Assembly: GCA_048884965.1 (NCBI GenBank)
Contig: JBHLQH010000007.1
Span: 1 to 64,000, forward strand
Origin: Candidatus Thorarchaeota archaeon
GTDB taxonomy: Archaea; Asgardarchaeota; Thorarchaeia; Thorarchaeales; Thorarchaeaceae
DNA length: 64,000 nucleotides
Reading direction: 5' to 3'
The notes under the pieces were generated by a model. It was not told where the DNA came from and made no database searches. It worked only from the letters and a program-made list of their open reading frames with translations. Shown here one piece after another: positions 18,591 to 28,621 of this stretch (positions are counted from its first letter, which is position 1; the number at the start of each line of letters is the position of its first letter). The translations under genes were made by a program, and so were the position numbers.

Positions 18591-19139
18591 TTGGTCATGA
18601 CCGAAATAGATGAAAAAGCCGGTCCTCCGGCTGTTCTGATTGATCCCATCGACATGTCAAAGCTCGATTCTGGGTTCCGAAACGAGATTAAGAGTATGCC
18701 AGATGGTGGCGAACTTAATGCTTGTTTTGCATGTTCTACATGCACAGCAGCTTGTCCCATTGCGAACATCTGGAAATACAAGCCGCATCAACTCATCCGC
18801 ATGATAATTCTTGGTATGCGCGAGGAGGTGCTTTCCTCTGAGGAGATATGGCTGTGTTTGACGTGCTTCCAGTGTCAAGAACGATGTCCTCAGAAGGTAC
18901 GAGTGACGGACATCTTCTTTGATTGTAAGAATCTAGCAGCAGAGGAAGGGAAGATTCCAGACAATATCGTGAATCTTGCCAAAGAGCTCATGGACAAAGG
19001 TCAGCTCTATGAAGTCACGGCAGATTGGGAAAGAGAGGATATGGATCTTGAGCCAGCAGTACCTGGACTCTCGACTGATGAAATAAAGGCCATATTGAAA
19101 GAAACGAGGACTGCAAAGATCGTTGGAGGGAAGAACTAG
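18591..19139 (+). CDS. hdrC: Heterodisulfide reductase subunit C
   Basis: CFACSTCTAACP and WLCLTCFQCQERCPQ. Confidence 0.92.
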   Translation: MVMTEIDEKAGPPAVLIDPIDMSKLDSGFRNEIKSMPDGGELNACFACSTCTAACPIANIWKYKPHQLIRMIILGMREEVLSSEEIWLCLTCFQCQERCPQKVRVTDIFFDCKNLAAEEGKIPDNIVNLAKELMDKGQLYEVTADWEREDMDLEPAVPGLSTDEIKAILKETRTAKIVGGKN

Positions 19140-20006
19140 GTGCCGACCTACAATCTCTACATGGGATGCAGTGTACCTGCAAACTATCCGAACTATGAAA
19201 CATCCATGATCAAGGTAGCACAGGTCTTTGGTATGGAACTCGAGTATTTGGAGGGAGTAGCATGTTGTGGAAGTCCTAACCTGCGAGCTATTGATTACAT
19301 GGGATGGCTTACTGTCAATGCGCGAACCCTTGCTATCGCAGAGAAGAATGGACATGATATAGTAACGCCTTGTAACGGATGTTTTGCATCACTGAAAGAT
19401 ACCTATCATTTCTTGAAGCATGACAAGGAGTATCTGAAGAAGGTCAATGAGACACTGAAGAAGGAAGGGTTGGAATTCAAGGGAGTGTCAAAGCCAAGAC
19501 ATTTCGTCGAGGCACTCTATTCAGACATTGGAATTGAAGAAATCAAGAAGAAGATCACAAAGCCCTTGGATGGTGTGAATATCGCCATTCACTATGGCTG
19601 TCATGTCCTCAGACCTCAGGATGTAACGGAGTTCACACCGGAGATATTGCAGGAGCTGGTACGAGTAACTGGAGCTACTCCAATAGACTATCCACTCTGG
19701 AAGCAATGCTGTGGTGCCACTGTATTACCTGTAAATGAAGGAATTGCAGTCAGATTAGCACGTGACAAGCTCAAATCGATGAAGGAATCCGGTGCCGAGT
19801 TTGTAACTGTAGTATGTCCTGCTTGTGGAAATCAGCTTGATTTGCAACAACTAGGACTCAAGGACTCGTACGGAGAAGAGTACAATCTTCCAGTCCTTCT
19901 ATATCCGCAGATTCTTGGTCTTGCTATAGGACTTGACGAGGACACAGTAGGCCTCTCAATGAATCGTGTTGCAGCGTCCCCAATCTTGGATCATCTGACT
20001 GAATGA
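19140..20006 (+). CDS. hdrB: Heterodisulfide reductase subunit B
   Basis: Two CCG domains: GC..CCG..PCNGC and HYGCH..CCG..CPAC. Confidence 0.93.
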   Translation: MPTYNLYMGCSVPANYPNYETSMIKVAQVFGMELEYLEGVACCGSPNLRAIDYMGWLTVNARTLAIAEKNGHDIVTPCNGCFASLKDTYHFLKHDKEYLKKVNETLKKEGLEFKGVSKPRHFVEALYSDIGIEEIKKKITKPLDGVNIAIHYGCHVLRPQDVTEFTPEILQELVRVTGATPIDYPLWKQCCGATVLPVNEGIAVRLARDKLKSMKESGAEFVTVVCPACGNQLDLQQLGLKDSYGEEYNLPVLLYPQILGLAIGLDEDTVGLSMNRVAASPILDHLTE

Positions 20007-20018
20007 GGTGAATGAGTA

Positions 20019-21272
20019 ATGTCTGATTCGGTCCTTATCATAGGCGCAGGAGTCGCAGGACTCACTGCGGCGGTGGAGCTGGCTGATTCAGGGGTCAAAG
20101 TCGTTGTTGTAGAAAGATTACCTACAGTTGGAGGGAATGCACTGGATTTGTACAAGGCTTTCCCAACGGACGATTGTTTCTATTGCTTCGAAGGAAACCG
20201 CTGGCGACCTGGAATCAGGAAGTGCTTCTATCGTAGTGCACTGCTTGATCAGCCAAACATCGATCTGAAGATTAGCTCACAAGTCACGAAAATAGCCGGC
20301 ACGCCCGGGAAGTTTAATGTGACTATCAAGGTTGAGCCACAATACGTGGATGCCAAGAAGTGTATAATGTGCGGCTTGTGTATAGAGAAATCAAAGGCAT
20401 TTGCACTTGTATCACCACAATGTCAACCTCAATCTGTAACTTACAATCCCGATAGAAACGACGATGGAGCCAAGACAGCTGCAGAGGAATGTCCTACTAG
20501 AGCAATAGACTTGGGAGCTCAGCCAACAGAGGAAACCATCAATGCCTCTGATATCATAGTAGCCACAGGTTATCATGAGATGCGACCTGTTTCAATGGAC
20601 GAGTACGGCTACGGGAAGTATCCGAATGTGGTAACACAACTAGAGCTAGCCCAAATACTTGACCCCAATGGTGAGTCAGAAGGTGTGCTTGTACGACCAT
20701 CGGATGGTGCACCTGCCAAGCGCGTGTTGATGGTTCAATGTGTGGGCAGCAGGGATGAGAATTACTATCCTTACTGCTCCAAGATCTGTTGTGTATTCGC
20801 ACTAAAACATGCCAACATCCTTGTTCAAGAGCGTGATGGTGTCAACGTCAGCGTGGTATACATGGACATCCGTACCTATGATAGGCATGAACGCTACTAC
20901 CGAGATGCAAGAGAGAACGGAGTTGAGTTCGTACGTGGACGCATAACTCGGGTCGAGCCTCATGATGAGAATACCCTTGACGTCATAGTGTATGACTCAC
21001 TCTTGGATAGATACCTCAAATTCACAGTTGATCTATTCGTATTGTCCTCGGCATTAGAGCCTCCCGAGGGAGGAGATGAGATAATCAATAGTCTTGGGCT
21101 AAAGACAGCAAGTGGGTTCGTTGCGCCTGCTGACCTCGCGACAGAGGAAGAAGTCGTTGCTGGAGAACACGTCTATGCGTGTGGTACTGCGCTTGGGCCA
21201 GCTGAGGTTCCTGAGAGTGTGACACAAGCAAGAGCAGTGGTATCAAAGATTCTACAAGGGAGGAAACGATAG
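20019..21272 (+). CDS. Short HdrA-family flavoprotein (QmoA-like architecture)
   Basis: IIGAGVAG FAD motif at the N-terminus, FPTDDC, QCVGSRD..YCSKICC, YMDIRT; lacks the N-terminal domain and C-terminal ferredoxin. Confidence 0.88.
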   Translation: MSDSVLIIGAGVAGLTAAVELADSGVKVVVVERLPTVGGNALDLYKAFPTDDCFYCFEGNRWRPGIRKCFYRSALLDQPNIDLKISSQVTKIAGTPGKFNVTIKVEPQYVDAKKCIMCGLCIEKSKAFALVSPQCQPQSVTYNPDRNDDGAKTAAEECPTRAIDLGAQPTEETINASDIIVATGYHEMRPVSMDEYGYGKYPNVVTQLELAQILDPNGESEGVLVRPSDGAPAKRVLMVQCVGSRDENYYPYCSKICCVFALKHANILVQERDGVNVSVVYMDIRTYDRHERYYRDARENGVEFVRGRITRVEPHDENTLDVIVYDSLLDRYLKFTVDLFVLSSALEPPEGGDEIINSLGLKTASGFVAPADLATEEEVVAGEHVYACGTALGPAEVPESVTQARAVVSKILQGRKR

Positions 21273-21273
21273 A

Positions 21274-23439
21274 ATGACAGAGAGCAAAAAATCATCAGTA
21301 CTCCTATGTACTTGTGGCAAGCAGCTTGGATTGGACTTTGATCTCCTCTCATCAGAGCTTGGAAAGAGCGATTTTGTTTCCTCAGTGGTCGTACATGATA
21401 CCTGTTGTCAGGAAGGAGGACTTGACAGCATTGTCGAATTGATGAAGAAGACCAATGGTCATCTTGTCATCGCTGCATGTACCAATCAGAAGATACAGCC
21501 AAGGATCGATGCGTTCCTCAGAGAGAAGGATATAGATCCCTCCATGATACGCTATGTGAACATTCGTGAGCAGTCTGCATGGGTCCATAGCGATATGGCG
21601 AGCGCCACAAAGAAATCCTTGGATATGATACGGGGAGTTGTTGCTGCATCTGGCCTGTCCCAGTCCTTACACATCGAACAAAAGGATGTCAAGAGCCATG
21701 TCACTGTGATTGGTGGGGGCATTGCAGGATTGGAAGCGGCAATCAGCCTGAGCAATCTTGGATATGATATCACGATACTAGAAACCTCTGATAAGCTAGG
21801 AGGGCATGTGTTAAATCTCCCAGTCGTGGCTCCGACAGGCAAGAGCGGTAGTGAGATCCTCCATGGTAGGCTTGAAGCGGTTGAGAAGAATAGTAGCATT
21901 AACGTATTGACCAATGCCCAGGTTCGCTTCTTCGAGGGCGAAATGGGTAATTTCACTATCCATTATACAAAGAATGGTGAGGATGCTACTGTAGCGACAT
22001 CTGCTGTGGTAATGGCAACTGGCTTCAAGGAGTTCAAGCCTGTACAAATGGATGAGTACCGTTATGGTAAGAACACCGATGTCATCACCCAATACGAGCT
22101 GTCTCAGATGATTACCTCAGGTACTATCAAGAGACCCTCGAATGGGGAGGATATCAAAGAGGCGGTCATGGTCCAATGTGTCGGAAGTAGGTCGGAGGAT
22201 TACAAACGGGATTGCAGCAAACTCTGCTGTACATTCGCCATTGATAATGCAATAGAGCTGAAGGAGCATTTGTCTGGCGTCAATGTTCGAATAGTCTACA
22301 TGGATATTAGAGTGCCGTTCGAGAACGAGATGATCTACAAGAGATCTAGGGAGATGGGGGTGGACTTCATCCGAGGCCGTATCGGTATGGTCTGGGAGAA
22401 GGGTGACCAGACCTATGTCAAGATCTATGACTCTCTCATGGACCAGTACTTCGAGGTACCTACCGATCTACTTGTCCTCTCTACGGCGATTCTACCTGGT
22501 GATGGACTCGCAGAGCTATCAGAGACCCTTGGATATGTACTGGATGATGGTGGACACATCAAGGAGCTATATGGAAAGCTCCGGAGAAATGAAACCAGGC
22601 GACGAGGAGTGGTTGCTGTTGGCGCTGTCACACGACCCCAATTCGTCTTTGAGGCCGTCACGGACGCACAGGCAGCATCACTAGTGCTCCACAACGAATT
22701 GCAAGGAGGGAAGATAGAGTCCCTTGCACGTGGAGCGGTCCTTAATGTCGATGACTGCGTGGGCTGTAGTCTTTGTGCACAGCAATGCCCTCGTGGGGTG
22801 CCTCTTATGATTGAACAGACGGAAGCGGAGGAGCTCGATGAGGACCAGAAATTCCTCTTCAAGGCAGCGATTGATACGCTGAATTGTCATGCGTGCGGGG
22901 TCTGTCAAAGCCTCTGCCCTTCAGGAGCGACCCAGCTCAACTTCATCAGCAACGATCAACTCTGGTCACAGATTGAGGCGACGCTGAATGGTGCAGGAGC
23001 AGAGGACCAAATCACATTGTGCTTCTATTGTGAGGAGTGTGCTGTATCCACTATTGACATAGTCGGAACTAGGAAGATGGAGTATTCAGCGAATACTAGA
23101 TTGATTCCAGTGCCGTGTGCAGGCCGTGTTAGCATCATCGATATCCTCAAGGCATTCGAGAATGGAGCGAGTACTGTGATGGTGGCAGCTTGTGAGACCG
23201 ATCGCTGTCATGTTGGTGGTACAGGAAACGAGATTGCTCAAGTGCAAGTCGATGTCGCACGAGACATCCTGAATGCGATAGGATGGAAGGGCAATCGAGT
23301 GGAGATGTTCAGGATGTATAGTGCTGAACCTCACAGATTCACCAATGCCATAGCAGAGATGGCGAAACGAGCGAAAGAGCTCGGCCCAACGCCAGTCCAT
23401 CAGGGCACTGCTGGCAAATGGGCGGAGGTGAGCAAATGA
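21274..23439 (+). CDS. HdrA-MvhD fusion (QmoB-like architecture)
   Basis: LCTCG N-domain, VIGGGIAG, QCVGSR..CSKLCC, two 4Fe-4S motifs, C-terminal MvhD (FYCEEC, VPCAGRV, AAC..CH). Confidence 0.9.
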   Translation: MTESKKSSVLLCTCGKQLGLDFDLLSSELGKSDFVSSVVVHDTCCQEGGLDSIVELMKKTNGHLVIAACTNQKIQPRIDAFLREKDIDPSMIRYVNIREQSAWVHSDMASATKKSLDMIRGVVAASGLSQSLHIEQKDVKSHVTVIGGGIAGLEAAISLSNLGYDITILETSDKLGGHVLNLPVVAPTGKSGSEILHGRLEAVEKNSSINVLTNAQVRFFEGEMGNFTIHYTKNGEDATVATSAVVMATGFKEFKPVQMDEYRYGKNTDVITQYELSQMITSGTIKRPSNGEDIKEAVMVQCVGSRSEDYKRDCSKLCCTFAIDNAIELKEHLSGVNVRIVYMDIRVPFENEMIYKRSREMGVDFIRGRIGMVWEKGDQTYVKIYDSLMDQYFEVPTDLLVLSTAILPGDGLAELSETLGYVLDDGGHIKELYGKLRRNETRRRGVVAVGAVTRPQFVFEAVTDAQAASLVLHNELQGGKIESLARGAVLNVDDCVGCSLCAQQCPRGVPLMIEQTEAEELDEDQKFLFKAAIDTLNCHACGVCQSLCPSGATQLNFISNDQLWSQIEATLNGAGAEDQITLCFYCEECAVSTIDIVGTRKMEYSANTRLIPVPCAGRVSIIDILKAFENGASTVMVAACETDRCHVGGTGNEIAQVQVDVARDILNAIGWKGNRVEMFRMYSAEPHRFTNAIAEMAKRAKELGPTPVHQGTAGKWAEVSK

Positions 23440-25697
23440 CCGGAAAGGCAGTCGTGAAGGAGATAGCTCCGAAGAGAAAGCGGATGATGGACATGATCCT
23501 CGTCCTAGGAGGCCTCAAGGAAGAGGCTGCGATACCACTCAGCAAGGTCAATGAGGAGGTAGCGCATCTCAGGAAGGATATAGAGCCACTCGTGACAAAG
23601 ATCCTTAGATTTCCTGATGTTTACTTCCAAGGATTCCATGAGGCAGCGCAGAAGACTGGTATTTCCAACCAGATATCTGACAAGGGTATCCTTACAGAGG
23701 GTATCTCGAACCTTGACAGGGCACTGGAGTATGCGACATCCACTGGGCTAACCGGCCTCAGGGATTCCTTGAAAGCAGCGCTTGATGCGATGACTACCAA
23801 GGACCAGCCTACAGAGACCGTTTCGATTGATATCGATAAGATACTTACAGACCTGCCATCAACAGCCTCTAAGATATTGGCAGTGATTGATGGGTTTGAG
23901 GAGGCATCGAAGCTAGAACAAGCCAAGGCGAAGGAGGAACTCGACTCTCTTACCGAGGCCTTCAACGAGATTATCACTGATACGACCGCAGATGCGGATG
24001 GCCAGCTGGACAAGCTTCAGAAGCTTGGCACAAAGACAAGATATGGTCCATTCCTCCGAGTCGCTGCACAATTGAAGCGAGCGAAGCGAGAGGACAGGGT
24101 GAATGATGAGCGCTTCGAGACCCTAGTATCCAAGAACTTGGTCGTAGAGCTGCAGCGGGGGATCATCATGTTCGTTCTGGACAAGATGGGCTCCAAGACT
24201 GCAGTTCAGATATCTGACCTTACTGGCTTGGCAGCTCAGGATATTCAAGGTGCCATTATCAGCATGATCAGCCGTGGTGATGTGGAGATGGTAGGTCTTG
24301 ATGGTGATGCGCCTGTCTTTGCCAGGGTGATTGGAAAGGCGCCAGATAGTACGCTTGTCCTGAAACGGGTCATCCAGCAGCTTCGTGGCGTGCTAAAGAC
24401 CCTAGAAGGCAGCTCAAAGAAGACTGTCGAGGAATCATTGAAGGTACTGGAAACGGCATACAACCGACTTCAGATCCTTGGAGAGTATGATGAGCCTACC
24501 ATGGCAGACCCGATGAAGGCACTCAGTGATATTGGAGAGAAGGCAGCAGAGGCGGCTATTGGCTCTCAGGCGGGCGAGGACTCCGATGACCTCCGCTTGC
24601 TGGTTTCGGCAGGTCTTGAGGCCTTTGCGAGGTTCAGATTGAAAATCGCTCTGGAGAAGGGGCACTATCTCGTATCTGGTGTCAACGTCTACGGAGAGAA
24701 GCTCGACGAGGAAACCTATAGACAGATCATGGACTCCTATCTCAATAACGAGCTTGAACGAGGGACCATACTCATCCTTATTCGGGAGCTTGGTGCCATG
24801 ACCGCCAAGGACCTTGGAGAGAGAACAGACATCCCACAGGACAGGATTCTACAGCATCTTCTCAGGATGAAGCGTGACGAACTCTTGACAACTGCGGGAG
24901 AGTCACATGGTTACCTGCTCTATGATGTTCCACGAACCCTTTCCGAGGCCGAGGTCACCATCCAGACCATAGCCTCACTCGCCTTGCAGACCGCACAGGC
25001 AAAGAAGGAGCTTGAGGGAATCATTGCGGACCTTCAGCCTACCACCATTGGAAGGCTTACGAATGCCTTGGATGTCTTCTCAAAGGCTCGTGACAGGATG
25101 GAGAAGATCGAGATTGAGGGAGCGATCATCGCGAAGGACCTCCTTAGAGAGATGGAGGACACGATCAAGTCCGCTGTCGGAATGGGCTATCGTACACGTG
25201 CAAGGATCCCGAGCACTCGTCCGAAGGTGACCATAGATGACTTGATGGATGTGGATGTCCCCACGGTCATTGAAGAGTACAAGTACATGATGGGCTATGC
25301 ACCATTGCTTGGCTTTGGTACCATCGAGTGGGACCATGCAAAGTGCCTAGGGTGCAAGTCATGTGAGATTGCCTGTCCAGAGCATGCTATCGAGCTCAAG
25401 CCCTCCATTGACGTGCCACAGTTCTTCGAGTTCTCTGAGGAGGCGCTTGGCCAGCTTCCTGTCAACAAGTCCACATTCTACAAGACCATCAGGAGCCTTG
25501 CGACCACCAAGCCGGCTGCGAAGATCCCCTTAGCTGGCGAGAAGCCCGGATTCGGGTCTATCGAGGTGGACCTCTGGCTCTGTGTGGGCTGTCGCACCTG
25601 TGTGAGGCGGTGTCCGGGACCTGAAGAGGGAGCCTTGGAGCTCGACCTGAAGTGGAGCCTTCCAGAGGTCATCCGGCAGATCACCGCAAAGAACTGA
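23436..25697 (+). CDS. Large helical protein with two winged-helix modules and a C-terminal 4Fe-4S dicluster domain
   Basis: ATGA overlap with the upstream stop; repeated ELxRGxI..wHTH modules; CLGCKSCEIACP and CVGCRTCVRRCP. Confidence 0.8.
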   Translation: MTGKAVVKEIAPKRKRMMDMILVLGGLKEEAAIPLSKVNEEVAHLRKDIEPLVTKILRFPDVYFQGFHEAAQKTGISNQISDKGILTEGISNLDRALEYATSTGLTGLRDSLKAALDAMTTKDQPTETVSIDIDKILTDLPSTASKILAVIDGFEEASKLEQAKAKEELDSLTEAFNEIITDTTADADGQLDKLQKLGTKTRYGPFLRVAAQLKRAKREDRVNDERFETLVSKNLVVELQRGIIMFVLDKMGSKTAVQISDLTGLAAQDIQGAIISMISRGDVEMVGLDGDAPVFARVIGKAPDSTLVLKRVIQQLRGVLKTLEGSSKKTVEESLKVLETAYNRLQILGEYDEPTMADPMKALSDIGEKAAEAAIGSQAGEDSDDLRLLVSAGLEAFARFRLKIALEKGHYLVSGVNVYGEKLDEETYRQIMDSYLNNELERGTILILIRELGAMTAKDLGERTDIPQDRILQHLLRMKRDELLTTAGESHGYLLYDVPRTLSEAEVTIQTIASLALQTAQAKKELEGIIADLQPTTIGRLTNALDVFSKARDRMEKIEIEGAIIAKDLLREMEDTIKSAVGMGYRTRARIPSTRPKVTIDDLMDVDVPTVIEEYKYMMGYAPLLGFGTIEWDHAKCLGCKSCEIACPEHAIELKPSIDVPQFFEFSEEALGQLPVNKSTFYKTIRSLATTKPAAKIPLAGEKPGFGSIEVDLWLCVGCRTCVRRCPGPEEGALELDLKWSLPEVIRQITAKN

Positions 25698-25704
25698 TCC
25701 CCGA

Positions 25705-25732
25705 GAGAGCCCCCAGATTTTCGGGGGCTTTC
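25705..25732 (+). terminator. GC-rich stem-loop after the hdr operon
   Basis: GAGAGCCCCC-AGATTTTC-GGGGGCTTTC 10-bp stem, 8 nt after the stop codon. Confidence 0.4.
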
Positions 25733-25798
25733 AAAAGGGACTTATAGTCAGGTATCCAGTTCCTAGTATTGGTACTAGTTTCACGGGTGAGATGACAG

Positions 25799-26998
25799 AT
25801 GGTAGACTTCTCATATTCAGATAGACAGCTCGAGCTACAGAAGAAGGCGCGTGACTTTGCGCAGGAGTACATCCTGCCCTATGCGTCCTACTACGACAAG
25901 ACGGGCGAGTTCCCCATGCCCATCATCAAGAAGGCATGGGAGGCAGGCCTCATGAACCTGGCCATCCCGAAGGCATACGGGGGACCCGAGCTTGGCCTGG
26001 TAGATGCATGTATCGTGGTGGAGGAGTTTGCAGCAGGGTGCGCGGGAATGACCACCAGCATCTTCGCGAACCAGCTTGGTCCGGAGCCAGTGATGATCGC
26101 GGGGTCCCATGAGCAGAAGGAGAGATACCTTACCCCCTTGACCAAGGAGCCGAAGCTGGTGTCCTTTGCGTGCTCTGAGCCAGGGATGGGAAGCGATGTA
26201 GCGGGGATCAAGACCACCGCGACGAAGGACGGGGATGCATATGTCCTGAACGGCTCCAAGTTCTGGATCACCAATGCGCCCTATGCAGACTACTATACGG
26301 TCTTCGCAAGCCTAGACCCGAGCAAGCGACACAAGGCCCTCTGTGCCTTTATCGTCGATGCAGACACTCCTGGCGTCAGGATCGGCAGACCGGTCGAAAA
26401 GATGGGACATCGTGCCTCTGCTACCGCGTCGATCATGTTCAGGGACGCCCGGGTCCCTGTAGAGAACCTCCTGGGGAAGGAGGGCGAGGGATTCAAGATC
26501 GCTATGAAGACCTTTGCCTTGACTAGACCAGCCATCGCCGCCTTTGCAACGGGCCTTGCCCGGTCCGCTATGGAGCTTGCTCGGGACTATGCCTCCAAAC
26601 GGGAGGTCTTTGAGAGCAAGCTCAGGGACTTCCAGGTCATCCAGTTCAAGCTCGCAGAGATGCTCATGAAGGTCGAGACCTCACGGCTGCTCTATCTCAG
26701 GGCAGCTTGGGCGGCGGACACGACCCCTGATGCCACCATTCCTGCCAGCATCGCCAAGGCCTTCGCCACGGATGCTGCCATGTGGTGTGCGAGTGAGGCT
26801 CTCCAGATCCATGGAGGCTATGGCTATATCGATCAGTATCCTCTTGAGAAGATCTTTCGGGACGCCAAGCTCTATCAGATCTATGAGGGTACTAGTGAGG
26901 TGCAGCGGCTCATCCTCGGACGCTATGTCCTTGATGGCTACAGGCCAGCCCGTGAGAGCATGCCCAGATGGGCAGGACAGAAGGCGCCTGACTTCTAG
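25799..26998 (+). CDS. Acyl-CoA dehydrogenase
   Basis: SEPGMGSDV, LNGSKFWITN, KMGHR, LQIHGGYGY, RDAKLYQIYEGTSEVQR. Confidence 0.96.
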   Translation: MVDFSYSDRQLELQKKARDFAQEYILPYASYYDKTGEFPMPIIKKAWEAGLMNLAIPKAYGGPELGLVDACIVVEEFAAGCAGMTTSIFANQLGPEPVMIAGSHEQKERYLTPLTKEPKLVSFACSEPGMGSDVAGIKTTATKDGDAYVLNGSKFWITNAPYADYYTVFASLDPSKRHKALCAFIVDADTPGVRIGRPVEKMGHRASATASIMFRDARVPVENLLGKEGEGFKIAMKTFALTRPAIAAFATGLARSAMELARDYASKREVFESKLRDFQVIQFKLAEMLMKVETSRLLYLRAAWAADTTPDATIPASIAKAFATDAAMWCASEALQIHGGYGYIDQYPLEKIFRDAKLYQIYEGTSEVQRLILGRYVLDGYRPARESMPRWAGQKAPDF

Positions 26999-27092
26999 AC
27001 TCAAGGGGACTGCTTCTCATCGCTACAGGAATAGATGGCACAGTCCATCTGTTCCGTAGGGGTCCTGAGGAGAAGAGAATCAAGACTCTCAT

Positions 27093-27944
27093 CTATTTGT
27101 AATAGCCATCTTTCATGACCAAGTTGCCAAAAGAGCTGTTGAATTGGCCCAAGGATATCAAGAGAGCCTCTTCCAAGCGGACGGTTTCAGTTCCTTGATC
27201 TGGAATCGTGTTGACCCAGAAGTCGATATTTCGCTTCAGGGACTCCTTATCTTTGACCAGGTCTCGAACACCAGACTGAGGTCCGCCAAATATGGCCAAG
27301 AGATTATGAGTGTTTGAGAGCGTTGATTCGATATCGGATTCTACTTTCTGAAATGGTAAACCAAGCCGCGAAAGCGCAATACGTGTCTTTGATGGGTTTG
27401 CTTCCAGATAATCGGTTAGCGAAGAGATTGTTTCTACATCATATCCAAAATAGTAACCTACAGACTCACGGGTAGTAGGTTTGAGCGTGACCCTTCCTTG
27501 GTGTTTGGAGAGATGAAAGAGTGTTGGAACACGTGTTCCAATTTGCTTTTCATACTCTATTGGCTCATCAAGGCCAATATCTACTTGACCAGGTCGTTTT
27601 TGGATCCCCCATCGGTACTCTCCGTCACGGACAGCACTAGAACGGGTTTCTAATGGATGACTTCGAGTACGTAAGGGAGGCAAAAGCCCCGCATATTTCA
27701 AGGAAGGACTCATGGGAAAAATCTCTCTTCGGAGATACTGTGGTGTGTCCATGTAACGAAGTAACTTATCTAGTAGGTTCAAGTCACGAGGATTCTTCTC
27801 ACCTGCGCTCGGTTCATAGAGAATAACTCGTTCAACCTTAAATACGGCGAGTGCTCTGGCGATTTGGCCAGTCTTGATGGTTTTCTGACGCAAATCGGAA
27901 CAGTCAGATAGCGTTGAGTCGGGCAGAGCAATCTCGAAGGTCAT
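27093..27944 (-). CDS. SPOUT-class RNA methyltransferase (DUF171/SPOUT1 family)
   Basis: IARALAVF, TPQYLR, AGLLPPL..H, VNTIPDQGTETVRLEEA. Confidence 0.9.
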   Translation of the reverse strand: MTFEIALPDSTLSDCSDLRQKTIKTGQIARALAVFKVERVILYEPSAGEKNPRDLNLLDKLLRYMDTPQYLRREIFPMSPSLKYAGLLPPLRTRSHPLETRSSAVRDGEYRWGIQKRPGQVDIGLDEPIEYEKQIGTRVPTLFHLSKHQGRVTLKPTTRESVGYYFGYDVETISSLTDYLEANPSKTRIALSRLGLPFQKVESDIESTLSNTHNLLAIFGGPQSGVRDLVKDKESLKRNIDFWVNTIPDQGTETVRLEEALLISLGQFNSSFGNLVMKDGYYK

Positions 27945-27956
27945 GGACTATCTTCC

Positions 27957-28400
27957 TCACAAGTCTAAAGTGAACCAGATTGTGGTTAGATTCTCTTGTG
28001 TATCAATCCTTAGGTCTGCATATGTCATTGCCTTGACTTCAGTTCGGGTGACATGTCTATCAAAATCAATCTCCTCACCCCATGCAAGTCCGTCTAGAGA
28101 ATATCCATTCTCGTCCTTCACCAGCTTCACAACTTCGAATTTTCTATAGAATCTATACTCAAGGTCTATCAGTGCAATGATCTTGCCGATCCATTCCACA
28201 AGGAGCTCGCTCAAATCAAATCCTGATACCACTATTGGCGTTGGCGTGTCTGCTTCGACTGTTGATGTGTCCATAATGACCTCAAAGGTAGCCAATGCTG
28301 CCTCTGCGAAAGCAAGCTCCAGAGTAGGAGCCCAGCATTCTATCGTAATATCGGCAGTATGCTCGTGGAACCTAAAGCCATGTTCAGCCATGATGACCAC
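27957..28400 (-). CDS. Archease
   Basis: EHTADI, EVKAMTY, C-terminal LDL. Confidence 0.93.
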   Translation of the reverse strand: MVIMAEHGFRFHEHTADITIECWAPTLELAFAEAALATFEVIMDTSTVEADTPTPIVVSGFDLSELLVEWIGKIIALIDLEYRFYRKFEVVKLVKDENGYSLDGLAWGEEIDFDRHVTRTEVKAMTYADLRIDTQENLTTIWFTLDL

Positions 28401-28484
28401 AACAGAACGCCACCACTACAAGAAGCTTAAAAGGCATTTCCAATGGTTTGCAGACCACCAATCGGAAACGATTGATTGAAGAAA

Positions 28485-28573
28485 GCCGAGGTAGCCAAGC
28501 CTGGATTACGGCGCTGGTCTTGAAAACCAGTTTCTTAACAGAAGCATGAGTTCAAATCTCATCCTCGGCGCCA
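28485..28573 (+). tRNA. tRNA-Ser(TGA), intronless, encoded CCA
   Basis: GCCGAGG/CCTCGGC-G-CCA, CTGGT-CTTGAAA-ACCAG, long variable arm, ATGAG-TTCAAAT-CTCAT. Confidence 0.95.
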
Positions 28574-28621
28574 CCTCCCCTTTCCCATTAGTTTATGTTC
28601 CTTAATTGCTAAGGATGATTC

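Noticed and set aside
18591-25732. Selenocysteine recoding in Hdr/MvhD, with the downstream hairpin as a SECIS element
   Set aside because: The positions that are Sec in methanogen homologs are Cys here, and no ORF is interrupted by an in-frame TGA
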